This document shows positions 27,738-36,530 of a stretch of DNA of 64,000 bases, piece by piece. How positions within the stretch are numbered: the first letter of the stretch is position 1; each line of letters opens with the position of its first letter. A program made the position numbers and the translations under genes. The notes under the pieces are model-generated. The model searched no databases, was not told the origin of the DNA, and saw only the letters and a list, made by a program, of their open reading frames with translations. The DNA is from an uncultured Bacillota bacterium (GTDB lineage Bacteria > Bacillota > Dethiobacteria > DTU022 > UBA8154), in contig CALJJZ010000002.1 in the NCBI GenBank assembly GCA_937973635.1, positions 7,550-71,549 of the forward strand, written 5' to 3'.

Positions 27738-28133
27738 TTATTCTTCAGTTGCTGCCGCTTCGGCAGCTTCGGCAACGGCGCCCGGGGCTTCTTTCTTTTC
27801 CTTTAACGCCTCTTCTTTTAATGCCGCTTCTTTCTTTTGCTCTGCGTCGAGCCTGACCACCATATAGCGCAGGTACCCTTCGCTGACCTTAAAAAAGTGC
27901 TCCAGCGCAGGCACTACGGCCGCCTCTGCCTGGACATGGAGCAGAACATAATAACCTTCCCTGTAGTCGTTAATCTCGTAGGCAAGTTTACGCTTGCCTA
28001 TCTTTTTCAACAGTTCAATCCGGCCGCCTTCTTTTTCCAGAGTCTCGCCGACCCTGGCAATAGCACCCTCCAGCTCTTCTCCTTCAAGATCCGGCTTGAC
28101 AATGTACATCACTTCATAAAGATTCACAATCAT
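27738..28133 (-). CDS. rpsF: 30S ribosomal protein S6 with Ala/Glu/Lys-rich tail
   Basis: YEVMYIVKP, RKLAYEI and YLRYMVVR. Confidence 0.95.
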   Translation of the reverse strand: MIVNLYEVMYIVKPDLEGEELEGAIARVGETLEKEGGRIELLKKIGKRKLAYEINDYREGYYVLLHVQAEAAVVPALEHFFKVSEGYLRYMVVRLDAEQKKEAALKEEALKEKKEAPGAVAEAAEAAATEE

Positions 28134-28180
28134 CTTCACCTCCCTTCGGACTAAACGGCCCCCACCGGGGGAGCAGGGAT
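28134..28180 (-). promoter_or_regulatory. S6:S18 ribosomal-protein leader RNA
   Basis: TGCTCCCCCGGTGGGGGCCGTTTAGTCCGAAGGGAGG closely resembles the B. subtilis rpsF leader as I recall it (hairpin, CCG, SD). Confidence 0.65.
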
Positions 28181-28192
28181 AATTCAGCCCTA

Positions 28193-28221
28193 ATCATAAC
28201 ACAAGGAATCAGCCAGATCAA
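28193..28221 (-). promoter_or_regulatory. Sigma-A promoter for rpsF-ssb-rpsR
   Basis: TTGATC-N17-TATGAT with the TG extension. Confidence 0.65.
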
Positions 28222-28311
28222 GGGCCGGCGCAATTTCTGCAGCGCCCTGCCACAGCTATCCCCTTTTGCTTTAAAAAATTAAAAAATAAATTTTTATCCG
28301 CCCCGCAACGG

Positions 28312-29430
28312 TCACTTTCTCGTTCCTCTGCCTGCACTGCGGAAAGCGGCGGGCGGGACGCCCTGCCGGTCTCTACCCTGAGGGGGATTGTTTTCCGTTT
28401 CTTCCTCTCTGAAATAGGCCAGGAGACTGCGGACAATACCCGCCAGCGGCGTAGAAAAGATCATCCCCAGGAAACCGGCCAGCTGCTGGCCTATGAGCAG
28501 GCAGACAATCACCGTTATAGGCCTAAGCCGCACCGCCCGCCCCAGCAATAAAGGGGAGAGGACGATGGCGTCGATGCTCTGCACGGTTACATAAATAGCG
28601 ATGATTACAAAGGGAGAAGGGGTATGGGGGGAAAAGCTTAACAGCAGGGCCGGAACGGCCGCGATATAGGGTCCGATATAGAGGATAATATTGAGCACGC
28701 CGGCCAGCACTCCCAGCAAGAGGGCATAGGGCACGCCAAAAATGGCCAGGATACTCCCGGTAAGGATACCCACCACAGTACAGCGAACGATATTACCCCG
28801 GATATAGCCGCCGAAATTTCTGTCCACAATACCCATAATCGCTTCCGCGTGTTCACGGTAAACGGCCGGTACAAGCCCGATCATGCCGCTGCGCACGCTT
28901 TTAAAATCATAAAGGAGATAAAAAACAATAAACAGCACAAAAAAGATGTCCACGGCGCTGGATACCATGGAGATGCTGATTAAGGCCACCTCGTCCACCA
29001 GCCGCGGGATATTGGAGGGAAAGTTGATAACGGACTCCAGGTGTTCCCGCTCCAGGCCGAAGGCCAGCAGATAATCCGTAAGTTCTTCCACATATTGCTG
29101 GATCTGCCTGGCATAATAGGGTATATCCCGGACGATCTCCTGGATCTCGTTCTGGACCACAGGGACAACGAGGCTCATGAGGGCGATCATGATCAGAAGG
29201 AAGAGGAAAAAAGTAAGGATCACCGCAGGGCCATGCCTAAGATGCAGTCTCGCCTCGCAGACCCCCACCATGGGATAAAGAACATAAACAATAAGCAGGC
29301 TGATCACCAGCAGCTTCAGCACCCAGGCGATCTGGACCGCAAACCAGACTAACAGCAGGAGCAGGGCGACAAAAAGAATAAGTTTATAGGAAACGTGCTT
29401 TGTAAGATCCGGCTTTGTAAGATCCGGCAT
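28312..29430 (-). CDS. AI-2E family transporter
   Basis: Multi-TM protein with YIGPYIA and LSPLLLGRAVRL; PDLTK duplicated at the N-terminus. Confidence 0.85.
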   Translation of the reverse strand: MPDLTKPDLTKHVSYKLILFVALLLLLVWFAVQIAWVLKLLVISLLIVYVLYPMVGVCEARLHLRHGPAVILTFFLFLLIMIALMSLVVPVVQNEIQEIVRDIPYYARQIQQYVEELTDYLLAFGLEREHLESVINFPSNIPRLVDEVALISISMVSSAVDIFFVLFIVFYLLYDFKSVRSGMIGLVPAVYREHAEAIMGIVDRNFGGYIRGNIVRCTVVGILTGSILAIFGVPYALLLGVLAGVLNIILYIGPYIAAVPALLLSFSPHTPSPFVIIAIYVTVQSIDAIVLSPLLLGRAVRLRPITVIVCLLIGQQLAGFLGMIFSTPLAGIVRSLLAYFREEETENNPPQGRDRQGVPPAAFRSAGRGTRK

Positions 29431-29552
29431 CGTTTGCTCCCTTCTCCTTTATCTTTATCCTTTTTCCCAGAAAATAACGCCTCCCGGCGCGGGGCCTCCA
29501 AGCCGGCAGCCTCCTTAAACTGTTATCTGCAGGGCCGGGGCTGTCCCTTTAT

Positions 29553-29753
29553 TTAAGGAGACTGCCCCTGGTTCTCCTCCTGGGCCAGGACCTCCCTGAC
29601 CCTGCGCTCAAAACGCTGCCGGGGCAAAAGGACACTGCGCCCGCATTTCAGGCATTTGATGCGGAAGTCCATGCCGATACGGATAATACGCCAGGTATCC
29701 CCGCCGCAGGGATGGCCTTTTTTCATCCTTACAATTTGCCCAATGGCATACAT
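29553..29753 (-). CDS. DUF951 family protein (YyzM-like)
   Basis: GQIVRMKKGHPCGGDTWRIIRIGMDFRIKCLKCGR. Confidence 0.85.
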   Translation of the reverse strand: MYAIGQIVRMKKGHPCGGDTWRIIRIGMDFRIKCLKCGRSVLLPRQRFERRVREVLAQEENQGQSP

Positions 29754-29819
29754 AAACCCAAACTCCCCGTCCACCCTGGAATATGCAGGCCCCGGCCCCA
29801 TATTCCAGGCCCGTTTCTT

Positions 29820-30470
29820 TTACTGTTTTCCCTGCAAATAGGCGGCAATGTCAGCAAAGACATCATCTATGGAGCGGGCTCCGTCCACGGCGTAGTAGAG
29901 GTTCTTGCGCTGGTAATACTCAATCAAAGGAAGAGTCTGTTTGCTGTAAACATCCAGGCGTTCTTTAACCGTCTCCACGGTATCATCGCTGCGCTGGTAC
30001 AGCTCGCCACTGCAGTGGTCGCAGATATTGCGCACCCGGGGAGGGTTAAATTTAATATGGTAGGTCGCACCGCAGTTGCGGCAGACCCGCCGTCCCGTCA
30101 GGCGGCTGAGCAGCTCCTCCGCTTCCACATCCACATTGATCACCACATCAATTTTTAATTGCAGGCTCTCCAGGACCTGCCCGAGGGCTTCCGCCTGTTC
30201 AACTGTCCGGGGGAAACCATCAAGGAGTACTCCTGCCGCGCAATCGGGCCGAGCCAGCCTTTCCCTGATCATCCCCACAACGATCTCATCGGGCACAAGG
30301 GCGCCCCGGTCCATATACTGTTTCGCTTGCAGACCCAGGGCCGTTTCTTCTTTCACTGCGTTGCGCAAAATATCGCCTGTAGAGATATGCAGCAGGTTAA
30401 ATTCCTTGGTAATCCGCTCCGCCTGTGTGCCCTTTCCTGCCCCCGGGGGGCCCATTAAGACTACCAACAT
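29820..30470 (-). CDS. adk: Adenylate kinase (Zn-LID type)
   Basis: GPPGAGKGTQA, HISTGD, LDGFPRT and LID CRNC...CDHC. Confidence 0.95.
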   Translation of the reverse strand: MLVVLMGPPGAGKGTQAERITKEFNLLHISTGDILRNAVKEETALGLQAKQYMDRGALVPDEIVVGMIRERLARPDCAAGVLLDGFPRTVEQAEALGQVLESLQLKIDVVINVDVEAEELLSRLTGRRVCRNCGATYHIKFNPPRVRNICDHCSGELYQRSDDTVETVKERLDVYSKQTLPLIEYYQRKNLYYAVDGARSIDDVFADIAAYLQGKQ

Positions 30471-30671
30471 TTTGGGGTTACCTCCTTCATCTTTATCCTT
30501 AAAATCCGCTGCAAAACTTAAACTGCATAAAAAAACCTTGTTTTAGTCCGTTATTTGCTGCGTACACATATTATCTTACGCCCTGTGCATACTTGATCAT
30601 ACGCACCAATTATAGCATAAGCCAAAGGCAGGGGGATAGAAGCTGCCTGCTCAAAAAAGGAGTCCTGGAAG

Positions 30672-31328
30672 ATGATACACAAAAAAAAACCTGGAAGCAC
30701 CGCTGTTTTAACCACCAACCCTCTGGAAGCGGCAGGGTTTGCCCGCTACGTCCATGGGCTGAGCACATTGTTCCGGCAACTTGAACCCCCTGTCCCTCCC
30801 CTGGTTATCCTCTGCATCGGCAGTGATCGCTCCACCGGCGATGCCCTGGGCCCCCTGGTCGGCAGCATGCTCACCCCTCTGCAGCGGGCCGATGCCGCCG
30901 TCTACGGCACCCTAGAAAACCCCGTCCACGCCCTGAACCTAGAACAAGTCCTTGTCTCCATCAGGGCAGAACACCACCGGCAGGCTATCCTGGCCATTGA
31001 TTCCTCCTTGGGAGCAAAGCACCATGTGGGTTGCCTGCAACTGGGCCTGGGCAGCCTCCGCCCGGGGGCCGCCGTGCAAAAAAAATTGCCGGCCGTCGGC
31101 GACCTTTTTATTACCGGAATCGTGGGCGTAGCGGGGTTTATGGAGTATATGGTTTTACAAAGCACCAGGCTTGGTCTGGTGCTGCCCCTGGCCCAACGCC
31201 TCAGCCTGGGGCTCAAACAGGCCCTTGCCCACGCCCGGCTCCCCGGAGATACTGTTTTCTACAGAGATAAGGAAAATTTTTCTTTAGACGGGCCCCTCTG
31301 CCCCCGGACAGAAACACACCCCTTTTAA
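30672..31328 (+). CDS. yyaC: Spore protease YyaC
   Basis: LCIGSDRSTGDALGP, IDSSLG and LQSTRL; divergent orientation near spo0J as in other spore-formers. Confidence 0.85.
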   Translation: MIHKKKPGSTAVLTTNPLEAAGFARYVHGLSTLFRQLEPPVPPLVILCIGSDRSTGDALGPLVGSMLTPLQRADAAVYGTLENPVHALNLEQVLVSIRAEHHRQAILAIDSSLGAKHHVGCLQLGLGSLRPGAAVQKKLPAVGDLFITGIVGVAGFMEYMVLQSTRLGLVLPLAQRLSLGLKQALAHARLPGDTVFYRDKENFSLDGPLCPRTETHPF

Positions 31329-31341
31329 AACAGCAGGCCCC

Positions 31342-31869
31342 TTATTTTTTTTTCCCCTGCCCCTTTTCCCCGGCCGCAATATTTAACCTGGCTCCCTTTT
31401 CCTTTTCCAGGGCGCTCTCTTTCTTTTTTTCCTCTTCCTCGGGGCTGCCGCCACCTTGTCCCTGGCTGCCCTCATGGGCAATAAGGGAGGGTTTAAATTC
31501 CTTTTTCCCCGCCCTTTTATCTTCGCGGAGCTTCATGACACATCTGCCGGTGAGGACCGCGCCGTCTTCCACTGTAAGGGAACCCACCTCCGCATCGCCG
31601 ATGAGCACGCCTGTGGCACGGATATCAAGCTTGCCCTCCGTCTTGATATTGCCCTCTATTCTTCCCGCCAGGATCGCATTGACGCAGGAAATGTTGGCCT
31701 GTACAAAGCCGTCTTCCCCAATAATCACATCGCTGCGGGAAAAAAGGTCACCCTTAAAACTGCCGTCAATACGGACACTCCCTTTGGAGGTCAGGTTCCC
31801 GCCAAGTACCGTCTCCTTCCCGATAATCGTCTCGATTTTCTGCGTGGTTGAAATTTTGTTTTTAAACAA
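31342..31869 (-). CDS. Bactofilin (polymer-forming cytoskeletal protein) with charged tail
   Basis: ETIIGKETVLGGNL...VRIDGSFKGD...IGEDGFVQANI beta-helix repeats. Confidence 0.88.
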   Translation of the reverse strand: MFKNKISTTQKIETIIGKETVLGGNLTSKGSVRIDGSFKGDLFSRSDVIIGEDGFVQANISCVNAILAGRIEGNIKTEGKLDIRATGVLIGDAEVGSLTVEDGAVLTGRCVMKLREDKRAGKKEFKPSLIAHEGSQGQGGGSPEEEEKKKESALEKEKGARLNIAAGEKGQGKKK

Positions 31870-31884
31870 AAGCTTCCACCTTTC

Positions 31885-32799
31885 TTAGGGCATATATTCC
31901 CTGGGGTTAACGGCAACCCCGTGCACATAGACAGTATAGTGGAGGTGCGGGCCGGTGCTCATTCCCGTATTGCCCACATAACCAACCAGCTGGCCTTTAT
32001 AGACCCTTTCGCCCCGGCTTACGGCAAAGCCGGAAAGATGGCCGTAAAGGGTCTGAAAGCCATAGCCATGGTCAATGATAATATGGTTCCCAATACCCCG
32101 GCGGTACACAGCCACCTCCACTTTACCGTCGGCGGTGGCATAGACAGGCGTGCCCCGGGGCGCGGCGATATCAATGCCGTCATGAAATTCCCCTCTGCCT
32201 GTAAAAGGCGAACGGCGGGGCCCAAACTCAGAGGTCACCCTCCCCCGCAGCGGCCAGATGGAGGGAGTGGAGGCAAACTCCCTTTGCTGCTCCAGAATAT
32301 CCTCCCTTAACTGCAGCATCTCTTCCGTACGTTGCAGCAGCGTCTCCTGCAGCAGGGTCAGGTTGCCCAAAGTCCTGTCTACAACCTGGTTACCGCCGCG
32401 CCCGGGCAGCACCGGCTGGACAGCCCTGGAATTCAAGGCGTATGCCGGCAATGTTTCTGTCTGCGCCGGAGAAGGAGGCAGATCCATCAGCCGACGTACT
32501 TCCTCCCCCAGGTGTTCCACCTCTTCCACCTTAAAGAGCAGCTCCTCCGTCATGCTGGCCAGAAGGTCGAGCTGTTCCCCCAGTATACGGTTTTCCGCCC
32601 GCAGCTTTTCCACCGCTGTGCTGTCCTCCTGCCCTTTTAAATGTGAATGTAAAGTCACATAAGCCAGCAGCAAAGAGACAACCAGGACTACACTGCAAAG
32701 CTGCAGCAGAAAAAGGGGGATACGTAAACTGAGCACCGCTTCTTCCGTATGGGGGATCACCATGATCGTAAAAAAACGGCCCTTATGCTTCATGCTCAT
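31885..32799 (-). CDS. Membrane-anchored coiled-coil M23 peptidase
   Basis: FTIMVIPH plus TM, coiled coil, TPSIWP, HDGID and HLHY. Confidence 0.88.
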   Translation of the reverse strand: MSMKHKGRFFTIMVIPHTEEAVLSLRIPLFLLQLCSVVLVVSLLLAYVTLHSHLKGQEDSTAVEKLRAENRILGEQLDLLASMTEELLFKVEEVEHLGEEVRRLMDLPPSPAQTETLPAYALNSRAVQPVLPGRGGNQVVDRTLGNLTLLQETLLQRTEEMLQLREDILEQQREFASTPSIWPLRGRVTSEFGPRRSPFTGRGEFHDGIDIAAPRGTPVYATADGKVEVAVYRRGIGNHIIIDHGYGFQTLYGHLSGFAVSRGERVYKGQLVGYVGNTGMSTGPHLHYTVYVHGVAVNPREYMP

Positions 32800-32851
32800 G
32801 CGGCTTCATAACTCCCGTTGAAAAACAATAGTCAAAAAAGGCTGTAAATAT

Positions 32852-32878
32852 ATTCTGCGAGTATTTAAAAATTCCTTC
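32852..32878 (-). promoter_or_regulatory. Sigma-H-type promoter for M23-bactofilin
   Basis: GAAGGA-N17-GAAT. Confidence 0.6.
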
Positions 32879-32973
32879 TTTAAAATGCAGGGAAAAATAC
32901 AGAAAAAACTTAAGCCGGAAAATTAACCCTTTCCCCCTACGCCTAGTCTGCCAACAAAGGGAAACCGGGGCAT

Positions 32974-32989
32974 TGTTTCACGTGAAACA
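32974..32989. promoter_or_regulatory. parS centromere site
   Basis: Perfect TGTTTCACGTGAAACA, 33 bp past the spo0J stop, central to a 34-bp palindrome. Confidence 0.92.
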
Positions 32990-33021
32990 ATGCCCCGGCC
33001 CTGCACCCCCCTTAATATCTT

Positions 33022-33897
33022 TCATGGTCTGAGTAGCAGAGCGCTCAGGCGCTCCAGATCCTCATCACCATAATAAAACAACTGGATACTGCCTTCCCGG
33101 CTGCTTTTGTTAATTTTAACCTTCGTCCCGTATTGCCGGCGCAGCTTCGCTGCCAGCTCCTCGAGCAAAAGCTCCCCCAGGTCTTCTTCTGTTTTATCCT
33201 CTGCCTGTTTCTTGGGCCTGTTTCGGTTGGCGTGCAGGGTCCGCACCAGGTTCTCCACCTGCCTGGCGTTTAATTGCCGGGAGATAATTTCTGCCGCCAC
33301 AGCCCGCTGCTCTTCCGGTCCTGTCAGCGCCAAAAGGGGCCTGGCCTGGCCGGGTGTAAGCAGGCCCTGCTCCAAATAACCCTGCACTTCCACATCAAGG
33401 GCAAGGAGTCGTAACCCGTTGGCAATGGCGGAACGGCTCTTTCCCAGTTTGGCCGCCAGTTCCTCCTGGGTAAGACCATATTCCTGGAGCAGCAGCTTCA
33501 AAGCATTTGCTTCTTCAATGGGGTTAAGATCCTGCCGCTGCAGGTTTTCAATTAAGGCTACGGCCATAACCTGCTCCGCAGGATAATCTTTGACCAGGGC
33601 GGGGATGGTCTTCAGCCCGGCCATGGCTGCGGCCCGCAGCCTGCGCTCGCCGGCGATGAGAATATAGAGATCGCCTCTTTTTTGCACGATTACCGGCTGG
33701 ATTACCCCGTATTGCAGCATCGTCTCCGCCATTTCCTTTAATTTCTGCTCGTCAAAGTCTTTACGCGGCTGGTTGGGGTTGGCCTTGATTTTTTCCAGGG
33801 GCAGCTCTACCGTGCCCGTTTCCTGCTCCAGCGGGGCAAAATTTTCCCCGCCCGGGAGGAAGGCGCCCAGTCCTTTACCCAATCCACGTTTGCTCAT
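33022..33897 (-). CDS. spo0J: ParB/Spo0J partition protein
   Basis: KRGLGKGL N-terminal Soj-activating peptide, NPNQPRK, GERRLRA and ENLQRQDL. Confidence 0.95.
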   Translation of the reverse strand: MSKRGLGKGLGAFLPGGENFAPLEQETGTVELPLEKIKANPNQPRKDFDEQKLKEMAETMLQYGVIQPVIVQKRGDLYILIAGERRLRAAAMAGLKTIPALVKDYPAEQVMAVALIENLQRQDLNPIEEANALKLLLQEYGLTQEELAAKLGKSRSAIANGLRLLALDVEVQGYLEQGLLTPGQARPLLALTGPEEQRAVAAEIISRQLNARQVENLVRTLHANRNRPKKQAEDKTEEDLGELLLEELAAKLRRQYGTKVKINKSSREGSIQLFYYGDEDLERLSALLLRP

Positions 33898-34661
33898 CTC
33901 TCCAGCACCTCCTCCGCCAGCTGTTTATAGAGCTCGGCCCCCTTGCTGCGCGGGTCATATTCCAAAATAGGCTCACCATGGCTCGGTGCCTCGCTTAACC
34001 TTACATTACGGGGGATCACGGCCTTAAATACCTTTGTGCCAAAATATTTTCTTACTTCTTCCGCCACCTGCTCCGACAGGTTTGTGCGTACATCGTACAT
34101 GGTCAAAAGGACACCCATAATTTTGAGGCCCTTATTTAAATATTTTCTGATGAGCTCTATGGTTTTTACCAGCTGGCCCAGGCCCTCCAGGGCATAATAT
34201 TCGCACTGAATGGGAATGAGCACCCCGTCTGCCGCGGTAAAGGCATTGACCGTGAGCAGGCTTAAAGAAGGGGGGCAATCTATAATAATATAGGCGTACT
34301 TTTCCCTTATTGGTTCCAGCAGCCTTTTCAGGCGGTGCTCCCGGGAAATGGTGGAAACCAGCTCAATCTCCGCCCCGGCAAGTTTGATCGTCGCCGGGAT
34401 GATCTGCAGGTTGGGCAGCCTGGTGTCATAAATTACTTGTTCCACCGGGATCTCGTTGATCAGGGCGTCATAGATACATTTTTTGATCGTCCCTTTATCG
34501 ATGCCGACCCCGCTCGTGGCGTTTCCCTGAGGATCGATATCCAGCAACAGCACCTTTTTGCCAAAAGATGCCAGATAAGCGCTCAAATTGACGGCGGTCG
34601 TTGTTTTCCCGACTCCCCCTTTTTGATTGGTGATGGCAATAACTCCCTGCAAGATCTTCAC
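33894..34661 (-). CDS. soj: ParA/Soj ATPase
   Basis: NQKGGVGKTT, DIDPQGNAT, IDCPPSL and IPRNVRLSEAPS. Confidence 0.95.
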   Translation of the reverse strand: MKILQGVIAITNQKGGVGKTTTAVNLSAYLASFGKKVLLLDIDPQGNATSGVGIDKGTIKKCIYDALINEIPVEQVIYDTRLPNLQIIPATIKLAGAEIELVSTISREHRLKRLLEPIREKYAYIIIDCPPSLSLLTVNAFTAADGVLIPIQCEYYALEGLGQLVKTIELIRKYLNKGLKIMGVLLTMYDVRTNLSEQVAEEVRKYFGTKVFKAVIPRNVRLSEAPSHGEPILEYDPRSKGAELYKQLAEEVLER

Positions 34662-34785
34662 CCCGTTATCTCCGATCCCTTTTTCTATGCCTGACCGGTT
34701 TCCTCTGCCCTGACCCAGCAATTTTCTTAAACGGAGTTTGCTGTCAGGGAAAAGAAAAAGCGCCCCCGCCCTTGCCTGCCGGCAC

Positions 34786-35631
34786 TTAACTCGTTTTCTG
34801 GGCCGCTTCCTTTTTAGGCAGGGTGATGCGTATTTCCCAGCTGTCTTCCTTTTCTATTTCTTTGATCTCCGGGTTTAAACCGGCCTGACGAATAACATGT
34901 ACCGCCTGGCGGATCGTATTTAAAAAGATGCGCAGATCCCTGATCACCACTTTACGGCGGTTCTTCTCTCCGCCCCTGGCTTCCGCCTGCTGGGCGAGGC
35001 TGCTGACCAGTTTTTCCGTTTCGTTTACATTGAGGTTTTGTTCCAGGATAAATTCTGCAACCCTGAGCTGCTGCTCGGGGCTATCCAGTTTTAAAAGGGC
35101 CCGGGCATGCCTTTCCGTTAATTTCCCTTCACTCAGGAGCTCTTTTACCGCCGCCGGCAACTTGAGTAAACGTATTTTATTGGCAATGGTGGATTGTTTT
35201 TTACCCAAACGCTGGGCCAGCACCTCCTGGGTAAGATTAAACTCCTCGATCAACCTTTTATAGCCCTGCGCTTCTTCAATAATATTTAGATTTTCCCGCT
35301 GCAAATTTTCGATCAGAGCCACGGCAGCAAGGGAACTCCCCTGGTAATCGCGGATAATCGCCGGTATCTCCTGCCATTGAAGCAATTTGCAGGCCATAAA
35401 ACGCCTCTCCCCAGCGACAATGCTGTAGCCTTCTTCCTCCCGCGTCACAATAATCGGTTGCAGTAAACCGTACGTTTTAATGGATTGGGCCAGTTCCTGG
35501 ATTTTTTCTTCATCAAAACTTTCCCGGGGCTGAAAACGGTTACTGCGAATCAGCGGCAGCGCGATCTTTTTTACCTCTTCCGCAGTCTCGAATTTCCGGT
35601 CATCATCCCGAAATTTGCCCCGCCAGTCCAT
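34786..35631 (-). CDS. noc: Nucleoid occlusion protein Noc (ParB-like)
   Basis: ParB fold (FQPR, GERRF, ENLQRENL); position between rsmG and soj; NBS present in the window. Confidence 0.88.
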   Translation of the reverse strand: MDWRGKFRDDDRKFETAEEVKKIALPLIRSNRFQPRESFDEEKIQELAQSIKTYGLLQPIIVTREEEGYSIVAGERRFMACKLLQWQEIPAIIRDYQGSSLAAVALIENLQRENLNIIEEAQGYKRLIEEFNLTQEVLAQRLGKKQSTIANKIRLLKLPAAVKELLSEGKLTERHARALLKLDSPEQQLRVAEFILEQNLNVNETEKLVSSLAQQAEARGGEKNRRKVVIRDLRIFLNTIRQAVHVIRQAGLNPEIKEIEKEDSWEIRITLPKKEAAQKTS

Positions 35632-35709
35632 CTTACCAATCTCCCGCCTTTTTTTTGATCATGGGCCGCACTTTCCGCCCCATTTCCCTTAACCCTGACC
35701 TCCCAAAAA

Positions 35710-35736
35710 ATTCGACAGCAAGCACACATTTCCTGC
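35710..35736 (-). promoter_or_regulatory. Sigma-H-type promoter for noc
   Basis: GCAGGA-N17-GAAT with an overlapping TGTCGAA. Confidence 0.65.
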
Positions 35737-35791
35737 TGGCTTTTGGCCTTACCGTTTTTTATTCTTATTTATGCGTGACTGGTCTGGAAAC

Positions 35792-36508
35792 TCAAGCATA
35801 AAAGGGCCTTTTTTGGGGTATGCCGGCCCGGCGGGGGAAACGTCCCTCCGTTTCCCCGACCTTCTCCAGGACGAGGATGGTCCGCTCCTTGCCCGCAGGG
35901 GGAAGGGTATAATTGATTCTTTCGCGCAACGTGCCGCCGCACAAAGCAATTATTTTTTCCGCCGCTGCTAGCTCCCCGGCCACAGCAGGGCCCTTAAAGG
36001 CCCAGAAAAAGCCGCCTTTTTGCAAAAGGGGCAGGGCAAGCTCGGCCAGGGTAACAAGGGGCGCCACAGCCCGCGCTATCACCCAGCCGTATTTTCCCCT
36101 GCCTGCGCCCCTGCCCCAATCCTCCGCCCTCAGGTGCAAACAAGAAATTTCCTTCAAGCCCAGTTTACGGATAACCGTTTCTAAAAAAGCTATTTTTTTC
36201 TGCGTCGCTTCCAGTAAATAAACCCGCAAAGAGGGGCAGAGTATTTTCAGCGGGATTCCTGGGAAACCCGCCCCGCTGCCCAGGTCCAGGAGTTCCGGGG
36301 AGGGACAGCCTCCTTGGCGCACCACGCCACTTAAGGAATCGCAGCAATGCTCATAGAGGAAAGGCTCTAAGCCGTCGATGCGGGTAAGGTTATATTTCTT
36401 GTTTTCCTCCTGCAAAATTTCCCAGTACCGTAAAAGCAGCCCGGCCTGTTCTCTATCCAGCCTGATCCCGCAGGCAGCGGCCCCGGCAATTATTTCTGTC
36501 AGCTGCAT
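35792..36508 (-). CDS. rsmG: 16S rRNA m7G527 methyltransferase
   Basis: KYNLTRI, LDLGSGAGFPGIP, ARAVA and RRAGIP. Confidence 0.95.
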   Translation of the reverse strand: MQLTEIIAGAAACGIRLDREQAGLLLRYWEILQEENKKYNLTRIDGLEPFLYEHCCDSLSGVVRQGGCPSPELLDLGSGAGFPGIPLKILCPSLRVYLLEATQKKIAFLETVIRKLGLKEISCLHLRAEDWGRGAGRGKYGWVIARAVAPLVTLAELALPLLQKGGFFWAFKGPAVAGELAAAEKIIALCGGTLRERINYTLPPAGKERTILVLEKVGETEGRFPRRAGIPQKRPFYA

Positions 36509-36530
36509 CTTCCCCCGCCACTTTCCTGCC

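Noticed and set aside
30615-30642. sigF/sigG promoter for yyaC (GCATA-N14-GGATAGAAG)
   Set aside because: Spacing and -10 match are too weak to call, although forespore control would be expected for yyaC.
35633-35683. 16-codon uORF (MGRKVRPMIKKKAGDW) before noc
   Set aside because: It has no properly spaced SD and no recognisable leader-peptide features.
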